Shown here piece by piece: positions 46,233 to 53,945 of a stretch of 64,000 bases of DNA (its first letter is position 1; each line of letters begins with the position of its first letter). The stretch lies in contig JBIKWF010000005.1 of the NCBI GenBank assembly GCA_044356455.1, forward strand, positions 1,917 through 65,916, read 5' to 3'. This DNA is from Bdellovibrionota bacterium (GTDB taxonomy: Bacteria; Bdellovibrionota_C; UBA2361; JBGSMV01). The notes under the pieces were generated by a model, which was not told the origin of the DNA, did not search any database, and was given only the letters and a program-made list of their open reading frames with translations. Position numbers and translations under genes: made by a program.

Positions 46233-46380
46233 CCCTGGGACACCCACTCATTGCCGTTGCCCAACTCGGGGTGCAGCAGGGTGATTAGTAATTCAATTCC
46301 GTTAGCGACATAGGGGGAACCTCAGGTCTCAAATTTGGATACGGAGATTGGGTGTCCCAAAGAGATTCTCTTTGATTGCA
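46233..46380. repeat. About 110-nt direct repeat, copy B, with a 40-nt internal insertion
   Basis: It aligns with 44889..44995. The extra segment ends in GGGTGTCCCA, the inverted complement of the TGGGACACCC at its start. Confidence 0.7.
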
Positions 46381-46527
46381 TCTTCAAAAAAGGCGAACCC
46401 CTGCAAAAACAAAATTTCGCCCACCCAAATCATAGTGCCTATATTTATGGCCAAATAGACAATGTGAGTAGCTATAAGTATCGGAGAGTTATCTCCACGA
46501 TAGTTACACGTTCAGACGGATACTCTG

Positions 46528-47238
46528 CTAAACCTGCAATTGACAACCAACTGATTGGGAAAGCCTCTCTGCCTCCCTGGCCATTACCGCTTTATCCGAG
46601 TGATGTACGAGCAGTGATCGGGCTCCAGTCTTGAACACAATGATAAGCTCGTAGCATGCATAATCCACATCCTCGCCTCCATTAAGCAGCTTTTCGGCAA
46701 TCTGCAGGCGGTCTATCTGGTCAAACGAGAAGGTGTGATAGGGCGAACGGTACTTTTCGGGATGAGCTGGGATGGTAACCTCGCGGCGAAGAGAGTCGAA
46801 TCGGCGGGTTCTGTTGGAGATGGCGGACTGCCGGTAGCCGATGGTGAAAAGTGCTACTCCTGCCGGCAACCCAAGAAGAGAAATAGGGTTGCGTGACAAA
46901 ACAAACGCGAGTACCCCAGCCGCCCCCGCGACCGCTCCTAAGCCGGTATAAATTCCTACAAACAAGAGAAATTTTCTATTCGGTCGAAGTTCAAGAATGC
47001 CCGGCGAGACTTCAACAAGCTCAAAGGGAACGAAATTTGGACCACTATTCGGAAAGAGCGGCACCGGATGCGATGACTCGTCGAGTTCCGTCTCGCCTGT
47101 TAGTTTAGATTCACCCCTCGCATCGACCACGGTGGTGCTCCGAAATTCGGCCCGTATAGTGTCTTGAGTTTTCAGTCGAGCTAAGCTTAGTAGATTCAGA
47201 GTTTGCATCGCAAGTGCCCAGAGGCGGACCCATCCCAT
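46528..47238 (-). CDS. Hypothetical membrane protein (two central TM helices)
   Basis: It contains 'FLLFVGIYTGLGAVAGAAGVLAFVL...LLGLPAGVALFTIGY'. No family was recognised and the start is uncertain. Confidence 0.45.
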   Translation of the reverse strand: MGWVRLWALAMQTLNLLSLARLKTQDTIRAEFRSTTVVDARGESKLTGETELDESSHPVPLFPNSGPNFVPFELVEVSPGILELRPNRKFLLFVGIYTGLGAVAGAAGVLAFVLSRNPISLLGLPAGVALFTIGYRQSAISNRTRRFDSLRREVTIPAHPEKYRSPYHTFSFDQIDRLQIAEKLLNGGEDVDYACYELIIVFKTGARSLLVHHSDKAVMAREAERLSQSVGCQLQV

Positions 47239-47334
47239 CGACGCGCAGGTTGACCCATGTGTGATGAAATGATCACGGAATTGCTCATCACGAATGGGCG
47301 TACTTGCGCCTAGATAAGACCCTGAGACTTGGTC

Positions 47335-48645
47335 CTAGTCCCTCGTATTGTTTCGAGGGATAGCAGTTCCATGAGGGTCAGCTTCAACTCCAACTTCCCG
47401 CGCAATTTCTTGATGAAGTGAGGGAGAGAGGTAATGTTCTATGCGGTCGGAAGGTTCGTGGAGATGATCCAGGGGCAGTTTGAGCGATTTATCAAGGTAT
47501 GCCTCCCATAACCGATGTCCGCGGACTACATGTTCAGCACTCTGGCGTCCGTGAGAGGTGAGTTTCCAAAGCCTAGAATTTTGCGGAGTGATTTGCTTGG
47601 CAAGACGGAGCTTGAGGAGCGCGATGCCAAGTAACAAAGAAGAGGGTGAGAAAGGCAAGATTTGAGCAATCTCGGCTTTGGTCAACGCTGCCCCACGTGC
47701 GCTACGCTCCTCAGCGCGGTACAGCACCCCCAAAATATCCTCTTCTTGAGTCTGAATGCTAAAGCGCAGGCGGCGGGAGAGCGAGGCGCAAATTCCGTAT
47801 GAGGGAGAGAGTAGGGCGGCCACGCCCCATTGCATGAAGGCTACCACGCTAATCATGCCGGCGACGGAAGTATTCAGATGCACAGCTCCCAAGTATCCAA
47901 GGAGAGCAGAGGAAACAGCAACAGCTACCGCAATTCCAAGAAAGGTAGGCAAGCGATCGGTAAGTAGATGGGCAGTCGCTGCTGGGGCAACGAGTAGCGT
48001 AACGACTAAGATTGATCCGACCGCTTCAAAAGAAGCAACGACTGTCGCTGAGACGACGACTAAAAGACCTGTGGTCACAAGGCTCGCAGAAAAACCAAGG
48101 GCTGAGGCAAGAGGCGAGTCAAAAGCAACAAGCACCAGTTCCTTATAGAACAGGATGAGTAACGTTAAATTCAACACGAATACGCAGCCGAGAACGAGGA
48201 GCGCACGGGGAATCTCAATTCCCCAAAGACGTGTGGTATCAAAAGGAACAAATTCAAGAGCACCGTAGAGTACGCAGCCAGGATCTAGATCTACATTTCG
48301 AGCAGTGAGCGAAATAAGCATAACGCCAATGGCGAAAAGGGAAGTGAAGACCACCCCAAGTGCCGCATCCTCAGGGATTCTTCCCCATTTCCGAATTCCC
48401 GTACTAAGCAGTGCAGTAGTAAGCCCAGCGCCTAGCGCGCCTAAGAACATGGGCCCAATCGAGCGCGTGCCAGAGAAAAGAAACGCTAACGCAATTCCAG
48501 GTAAGATAGCGTGTGAGAGCGCATCTCCAAGCAGCGACATGCGCCTAAGATACAAAAAACACCCGGGAAGCGCGCAGGCCGCAGCGCAGACGGCAGCAGT
48601 AGCCATCGTCCAATAGTCTTCAGGAGTCAGATCGAAAGAGCTCAC
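47335..48645 (-). CDS. ABC-3 family metal-importer permease fused to a C-terminal DtxR-family repressor (YtgC-R-like)
   Basis: The permease part contains 'LRRMSLLGDALSHAILPG'. The C-terminal 120 aa, 'LTKAEIAQIL...LTSHGRQSAEHVVRGHRLWEAYLDKSLKLPLDHLHEPSDRIEHYLS...ADPHGTAIP', form a DtxR HTH plus dimerisation/metal-binding domain. The GTG at 48645 overlaps the upstream TGA (GTGA). Confidence 0.85.
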   Translation of the reverse strand: MSSFDLTPEDYWTMATAAVCAAACALPGCFLYLRRMSLLGDALSHAILPGIALAFLFSGTRSIGPMFLGALGAGLTTALLSTGIRKWGRIPEDAALGVVFTSLFAIGVMLISLTARNVDLDPGCVLYGALEFVPFDTTRLWGIEIPRALLVLGCVFVLNLTLLILFYKELVLVAFDSPLASALGFSASLVTTGLLVVVSATVVASFEAVGSILVVTLLVAPAATAHLLTDRLPTFLGIAVAVAVSSALLGYLGAVHLNTSVAGMISVVAFMQWGVAALLSPSYGICASLSRRLRFSIQTQEEDILGVLYRAEERSARGAALTKAEIAQILPFSPSSLLLGIALLKLRLAKQITPQNSRLWKLTSHGRQSAEHVVRGHRLWEAYLDKSLKLPLDHLHEPSDRIEHYLSPSLHQEIAREVGVEADPHGTAIPRNNTRD

Positions 48646-49589
48646 GCAGGCAATTCCTTCTTTCTTAGGCTCGCGCGAAAAGCGCGCTGTTTCCACCAAT
48701 CGCTCAGAATGCCGCGCCTGGGCGAGATGAAGAGTGAGAGGAAGAAAAGCGCGGAGGCCACGAGCGTGATAAGCGGGCCTGTGGGCCATCCTCGACTCAG
48801 GCTTCCCTCGGGTGTGGGAAGCACGGTGCTAAGAAGCGTACCAACAAAAGCAGATATGCCGCCAAGAGCGCCCGCAAGTTGCACCATGACCGTTACGCTA
48901 TCAGTCCAAAGGCGAGCGGTTAGACCGGGAATGATGAGCAACGATACAATAAGAACCGCTCCCACCGCAGGAAGGCCTACGACAGAGCTTAGGGTTACTA
49001 GTGCCATCAGAAAGAGGTCCAGCCCAAAGACCGGCCAGCCAATTCCCGCGGCGAAGTTTCGATCAAAGCAGAGCAAGGTGAGCTCTTTGAAGAAGAGCAC
49101 CAGTAGAATAAGGATGAGGGTGCTCGTAACCAGTATCCAGGTAAGATCAGAGCCAACGAGACTCGCCGCCTTGCCAAATATGAAACTATCCAACCCCGCA
49201 CGATTACCGGCTGGGTTATTCTGAATGATGCGGGAGAGGACAATCCCAAAGCCAAAGAATCCTCCGATAACAAGCGCCGTAGCGGCGTCTTCTTTGATGC
49301 GGGTGTATGTTCTCATCAGAGTAATGGTGCCCGCGGCAACGAGCCCAAGTACGAAGGCGCCTAGAAGCAAGGCGCCGAAATTGCGCTCACCGACTATCAT
49401 AAAGGCAAGACAGACGCCGGGGAGGGATGCGTGTGAAACTGCATCACTCACCAGGGCTCGCTTTCGAAGAATCGTGAAACAGCCGAGAGCGCCGCACGTT
49501 ATTCCGAGCAGCGCGCAGCCTAGAGCTACCGTACGGAAAGAAGCGTCACCGAAGGTGCGGAGGATTAGCTCAGTTAAAGGTTCAGCCAT
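48642..49589 (-). CDS. ABC-3 family metal-importer permease
   Basis: It has '[19 protein letters not shown]' and 8-9 TM helices. It overlaps the ATPase gene by 8 nt. Confidence 0.9.
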   Translation of the reverse strand: MAEPLTELILRTFGDASFRTVALGCALLGITCGALGCFTILRKRALVSDAVSHASLPGVCLAFMIVGERNFGALLLGAFVLGLVAAGTITLMRTYTRIKEDAATALVIGGFFGFGIVLSRIIQNNPAGNRAGLDSFIFGKAASLVGSDLTWILVTSTLILILLVLFFKELTLLCFDRNFAAGIGWPVFGLDLFLMALVTLSSVVGLPAVGAVLIVSLLIIPGLTARLWTDSVTVMVQLAGALGGISAFVGTLLSTVLPTPEGSLSRGWPTGPLITLVASALFFLSLFISPRRGILSDWWKQRAFRASLRKKELPA

Positions 49590-50334
49590 GGCGCAGGGCC
49601 TCTCCCACGCGATCTAGAATGGTCAGGCGACCTCCGTAGGTTGCCTGTAGGTTTTGAGACGTAAAGACTTCGGAGGTGGGGCCGGCCGCAATAAGATGGA
49701 CGTTAAGGAGTACGGTCCAGTCAAAATATTGAGTGACTGACTGCAAATCATGATGAACCGCGACAATAGTTTTCTGGTCGCTGCGGAGTTGCTGCAACAC
49801 TGCAAAAATAGCCTGCTCAGTAGCGGCGTCAACTCCTGCGAACGGCTCGTCCATAAGGTAGAGGGAGGCATTTTGAGCGAGTGCCCTCGCAAGAAAAATG
49901 CGTTGCTGTTGCCCCCCCGATAATTGGCTAATTTGCCGTTTCCCAAAATCCTGCATGCCGACAAGTTCAAGGCAGCGGAGGGCTTCCTGCGTGTCCGCTT
50001 TTGAGGGTCTGCGAATCCAGCCTAGTTTCCCGTAGCGCCCCATGAGGACCACTTCAAAGGCGCTTATCGGAAAATCCCAATCTACGCTTTCACGCTGGGG
50101 CACGTAGCCCACGCCTCCGCGAATCGCACCCAGAGGCTTGCCAAAGACGGCGATTTCTCCTGACATGCGTGGAACTAGGTTTAATATAGATTTAAGGAGT
50201 GTGGATTTGCCGGCTCCATTGGGTCCTACCACTGCAACAAGAGTGCCTGCAGGAATAGAAACATCGACGTTCCAGAGGACGGGTTTACGCTGGTAGGCTA
50301 CCGTTAAATCGTGAACTTCTATGGCGGTGGTCAT
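49582..50334 (-). CDS. Metal ABC transporter ATP-binding protein (ZnuC/MntB/TroB type)
   Basis: Motifs: Walker A 'GPNGAGKST', signature 'LSGGQQQR' and Walker B 'LYLMDEPF'. The ATG at 50334 ([10 protein letters not shown]) is preferred. The 72 extra codons of the track ORF overlap the divergent gene. Confidence 0.9.
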   Translation of the reverse strand: MTTAIEVHDLTVAYQRKPVLWNVDVSIPAGTLVAVVGPNGAGKSTLLKSILNLVPRMSGEIAVFGKPLGAIRGGVGYVPQRESVDWDFPISAFEVVLMGRYGKLGWIRRPSKADTQEALRCLELVGMQDFGKRQISQLSGGQQQRIFLARALAQNASLYLMDEPFAGVDAATEQAIFAVLQQLRSDQKTIVAVHHDLQSVTQYFDWTVLLNVHLIAAGPTSEVFTSQNLQATYGGRLTILDRVGEALRHG

Positions 50335-50416
50335 GGGAGCATATGCTGCCTTGAATGACCTGACTTCGTCAAAGTATCTTGCAGGAGAAGAGCGATTAAG
50401 CAGGATACTAAGAGCT

Positions 50417-51505
50417 ATGAAACCGAATCCCATTCTTCTCGGCCTTGTCACCGTCCTCCTGTGGGCGATGCCCTGCTTTGCCAAGCCAATTAAGCTTGGT
50501 GTGTCTGTTAAGCTTGGCGTGTCTGTGCCCCTCACGGGTCCAGCTGCCACTTATGGGGTCGACATCAAGAATATATTGGTCTTCTTGAACGAGCGTCTCG
50601 AGAAAACTTCGCGCTTTGAGCTGATTATCGAAGACGACAAGTGTGACCCGAAAGAGGCCGTCAATGTTGCCCATAAATTCGTAGCCATAGATAAAGTAGA
50701 TGCGGTGATAGGGATTCCCTGCAGTGGGACAGTGCTCGCGACTGCCCCAATTTATGAACGAACCCACGTCATCGCTGTCTCAGCCGGTGCGGGAGCCCCT
50801 TCTATCTCAAAGGCGGGCGACTATATTTTTCGTGCTCGGCCGTCGGATCAGGGATCGGCAGAGCTCTTGGCTGAATTTATCTCGAAGCGTTCTCAGCGAC
50901 TCGGGATGCTGGTAGAGCAAACGGAACTTGCTCAAGGGCTTGCGGACAGTTTCTCCGCTGCAGTTCAGGGAACCAAGGTTGTGCGCGAAAACTTCTTGCC
51001 CACTGATGTAGACGTGCACGCGCTCCTTCTTAAACTACGGGCAGCAAAAGTTGATTCTCTTTTAATATTTGCTCAAGCTGAAAGTCGTCTTGCGATAGCA
51101 GTCCAGAATTTTCGTTCCATGAACTGGGGAGTAAGCATTTACTCTTCCATTTTCCCGGGTAGCCCGACCTTTCTTAAGCTTGTAGGCAAGAGCGCGGAAG
51201 GTATAATCTATTCCACGTTAGCCGACCGAAGCTTGCTTACCGCAGAGGGAGGTGAACTACTAAAGCAGTTTGAGGAAAGCCACGGTTCTTTGAACTCTGT
51301 GGACTATATATTTCCCGTGACGGTATCAGCCTTCACTTCCTTAGAGAAAGCTCTGCGCACTCCAGATCCTCAAAGGGAACTTTATAACGGACGATTTTCG
51401 GGGCCCTACGGTCCCTTCACCTTCAACAGTGATGGGGATATTGTCGGGATGCGTTACGTTATGATGCGGGTAGTCAATGGGAAGGGAGTGCTTGAGGGCT
51501 CCTAG
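50417..51505 (+). CDS. Periplasmic binding protein, type 1 (Leu/Ile/Val-binding, LivJ-like), with no partner permease nearby
   Basis: The ATG at 50417 gives the signal peptide [22 protein letters not shown]. '[10 protein letters not shown]...IIEDDKCDP...AVIGIPCSG' is typical of LivJ/K-like proteins. Confidence 0.8.
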   Translation: MKPNPILLGLVTVLLWAMPCFAKPIKLGVSVKLGVSVPLTGPAATYGVDIKNILVFLNERLEKTSRFELIIEDDKCDPKEAVNVAHKFVAIDKVDAVIGIPCSGTVLATAPIYERTHVIAVSAGAGAPSISKAGDYIFRARPSDQGSAELLAEFISKRSQRLGMLVEQTELAQGLADSFSAAVQGTKVVRENFLPTDVDVHALLLKLRAAKVDSLLIFAQAESRLAIAVQNFRSMNWGVSIYSSIFPGSPTFLKLVGKSAEGIIYSTLADRSLLTAEGGELLKQFEESHGSLNSVDYIFPVTVSAFTSLEKALRTPDPQRELYNGRFSGPYGPFTFNSDGDIVGMRYVMMRVVNGKGVLEGS

Positions 51506-51584
51506 CTCTTGTATGTCAAGGGCTCCCCTCGGGCCCGTGAGATATGAGTTTAAAATCGGCCATCTCGTCTCGGCGCCGCCATCG

Positions 51585-51621
51585 AGCTATAGAGTTGGGG
51601 TGCATGAATCTCGTCGCACTA
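51585..51621 (+). repeat. 37-nt direct repeat, copy 1 (AGCTATAGAGTTGGGGTGCATGAATCTCGTCGCACTA)
   Basis: It matches 53565..53601 with 3 mismatches by hand count. Confidence 0.75.
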
Positions 51622-51685
51622 ATGTTGTCGCTCTCTCAACAACTTTTCACGAATTCAACCGATAACCAGGTTGGAGACGTGGGTA

Positions 51686-51910
51686 ATGAGCAAACGCGAC
51701 CTTTCAATAGTTTCAGTCGAGCAGTTGGAAAAATGCATCTACCTCATCCGGGGAGAGAAGGTGATGCTCGATGAAGACCTCGCTCGACTTTATCTAGTCC
51801 GCATAAAAGCTCTTGTTCAGACAAAAAAGTTGGGGTGTAACAATCCGAGCCGCCCTTGCGGCGCTCGCAGGTGCGCGATGCGTAAAATCCGCCAGGACGG
51901 CGGATTTTAA
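51686..51910 (+). pseudogene. Truncated ORF6N (KilA-N-like) domain gene; only the first ~48 codons are recognisable
   Basis: 'IYLIRGEKVMLDEDLARLY.V..KAL' matches the conserved ORF6N N-terminus ('IRGQKVMLDxDLAELYGVxTKxLNQAVKRN'). Similarity is lost at about 51830, where the structured repeat begins. Confidence 0.55.
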
Positions 51911-51945
51911 GCACATGCTCATGGACCCGATAGGAATCCCGTGAG
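51858..51945. repeat. Inverted copy of the 88-nt hairpin core found at 17698..17785
   Basis: The reverse complement aligns over 88 nt without gaps, with about 18 mismatches by hand count. The last 21 nt are identical. Confidence 0.7.
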
Positions 51946-52040
51946 CAATAAAGGCTAGTGCGTTTCCGAACTTCAAAGGGGTAGATCTTTTTAGATCCAA
52001 GTGACGGTATCTTCGGCTTTTGTAACCGGGATTATAATTT

Positions 52041-53309
52041 ATGACTACGAGACCGTCTTTGCAGACACGATTGATAGTGGCCATTCTTAGCTTGCTGACA
52101 GGAGCTTCCGCTCAAGGCAATGCGTGGGCGATAGGTCCCCACGATTGCCGCACTTTTGTTCCAGAAAGCTCCCTGCAGTCGGATGACGAGTGGCGCGTTG
52201 CCCAGCCGAGATTCGAAGCTAAGGCGCGCCAAGAGCGAATCGATCCTTTGCCGCACTACTGCGCTGCCGTTGCGTATCACATATCGGGAGACGCAATGAG
52301 AGCGGTGCCGTTATATGAAGAAGCAGCAAAGTTGAGCCTCTCGAGAGAGCTTCACTCGAGCAGTGAGAGAGCATCATATCTTGTCGCTCTGGGAAAGGTG
52401 CGTCTAGATCTTCACCTAAATAGAGAGGCTATACAGGCATATGCTAAAGCAGTTGAGCTCAACCCAAAGATCATCCAAGCGTGGCTTGATCTCGGCTACC
52501 TCTATACTCTGGAGAAAGAACTTCGTCGAGCGAAAGATGCTTATTCTAAGTTGCTTGCGTTAGAGCCCGATAATTTAACAGGACTGGTCGAAAGTGCAGC
52601 TGTCGCGAGAGAATCCAAGCTTCTGAACGAGGCCCTAAGCTTCGCCAAGCATTCGGTCGAAAAGCATCCCAACGCATTTGAATCTCATGCCTCGCTTGGT
52701 AGCGTATATCTTGCAATGGCTGAAGAATCTCGCGAACTAAAGAATGTAGAGCTGGCGATGACTGCCTATACAACCGCGCGCCAGGTGAGCCGCGACAAAA
52801 AACAGTTCTCTGCTTCTATTAAAGCACTTGAAGATGTCGAGAGGGTTCGTGAGAAACTTCAGCCAAACCGTCCCGTCGATTTCGGCGTTAAGGGACTTTT
52901 GGGTCAGTGGCGCTCTGTCGGCGGGATAACTCGATACTTTATCTCGAACGATGAATTCGCATTTACGGAATTGCTAACACCAATGCTGCGCCAAACAATA
53001 TCGCTAAAGTTGAAACAATCGCTGCCAGAACAAGCCTGGTCTCCTGCGACTCGATTTAAGATGGAATGCCAGAAATGCAATTCCAATCCACGAGCTGAAC
53101 AGATTATGAAAGTTAATTACAACAAAGGATCGGAGGACATCAGGGTCTTCAAGCTTGGACCCGGGGGAAGGACTCTTTCAATGCAAGTTAATCTTCCATC
53201 AGGCGAGAGCGTGACAGAGTTACTTGTATACGTTGATGAAGCCACGCGTCCAGAAGCAAGTGGACTCTACATAGTAGGTCTGCCGATCAAGTCCGATAAA
53301 GTCCAATGA
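52041..53309 (+). CDS. Secreted TPR-repeat protein
   Basis: It has the signal peptide 'LIVAILSLLTGASAQG'. TPR-like repeats are present ('AIQAYAKAVELNPKIIQAWLDLGYLY', 'AKDAYSKLLALEPDN'). Confidence 0.7.
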   Translation: MTTRPSLQTRLIVAILSLLTGASAQGNAWAIGPHDCRTFVPESSLQSDDEWRVAQPRFEAKARQERIDPLPHYCAAVAYHISGDAMRAVPLYEEAAKLSLSRELHSSSERASYLVALGKVRLDLHLNREAIQAYAKAVELNPKIIQAWLDLGYLYTLEKELRRAKDAYSKLLALEPDNLTGLVESAAVARESKLLNEALSFAKHSVEKHPNAFESHASLGSVYLAMAEESRELKNVELAMTAYTTARQVSRDKKQFSASIKALEDVERVREKLQPNRPVDFGVKGLLGQWRSVGGITRYFISNDEFAFTELLTPMLRQTISLKLKQSLPEQAWSPATRFKMECQKCNSNPRAEQIMKVNYNKGSEDIRVFKLGPGGRTLSMQVNLPSGESVTELLVYVDEATRPEASGLYIVGLPIKSDKVQ

Positions 53310-53566
53310 GTTCGATTCTAAAATTTGCCAGTTTTTTTGCGCTGAATCTACCGCTCGGTTTTATGGCGATTTTCTGGTTGGAGTTTGTCTTTACGTGGGG
53401 TCTTCCTGGCGCGGCGGACACCGCATATTCGTGGCAATTGGTACGCCCCAACCTTGCACTAAGTTTGATGCCGGATTTGGTGCACCCCAACTTTCTGGGA
53501 ATTACACCTTCAAGAAAATCAGACTCTTGCAACGAATTCTCGAAACTTCTTAAAGCAGAGTCATAG
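53306..53566 (+). CDS. Small hydrophobic hypothetical protein (86 aa)
   Basis: Its ATGA start overlaps the upstream stop. It has an N-terminal hydrophobic stretch. It also contains inverted copies of the GTTGGGGTGCA motif, so it may not be a real gene. Confidence 0.35.
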   Translation: MSSILKFASFFALNLPLGFMAIFWLEFVFTWGLPGAADTAYSWQLVRPNLALSLMPDLVHPNFLGITPSRKSDSCNEFSKLLKAES

Positions 53567-53601
53567 CTAAAGAGTTGGGGTGCATAAATCTCTTCGCACT
53601 A
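53565..53601 (+). repeat. 37-nt direct repeat, copy 2 (AGCTAAAGAGTTGGGGTGCATAAATCTCTTCGCACTA)
   Basis: See 51585..51621. Confidence 0.75.
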
Positions 53602-53636
53602 CGCTTTCACCGAGCACGGAGTATCCATGCTTTCCG

Positions 53637-53828
53637 CGTTCCGCCTCTGCCGGTAGGCGACGGCGCGACAAGCCCCGCGGTGCGGCAAAATCTTCCGTCC
53701 TGCCACGAGGCATGTATCTGTCCACCTGATTGATTGCATAACCACCGACGTTCATGGATGCCCCGCGGCATTTGTTTCGGCACGCCGGGGCGCGCGTCGC
53801 GCCGTCGCCTACTGGCAGAGGCGGAACG
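53637..53828. repeat. Inverted-repeat element with 33-nt arms and a 126-nt centre (MITE-like or long hairpin)
   Basis: The left arm CGTTCCGCCTCTGCCGGTAGGCGACGGCGCGAC (53637..53669) matches the reverse complement of 53796..53828 in 32 of 33 positions. Confidence 0.75.
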
Positions 53829-53945
53829 GCGCGCCCTACCAAGATGCCGCAGGGCATCCATGGGCGGTTGCTAACCACAATCTGTGTGGTGCAGTGACAC
53901 ATGCTACGTGCGAGAGACCTTGCGGCACCCTGAGAACAGCGCGCC

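Noticed and set aside
46335-46634. 99-aa plus-strand ORF in the AT-richer spacer
   Set aside because: It starts inside repeat copy B and overlaps the 3' end of the minus-strand gene 46528..47238. It has no motifs and odd composition.
50335-50550. N-terminal 72 codons of the ATPase ORF, and the 50321 start of the binding-protein ORF
   Set aside because: The extensions overlap each other on opposite strands. Canonical N-termini appear at internal ATGs, at 50334 ([10 protein letters not shown]) and 50417 (signal peptide).
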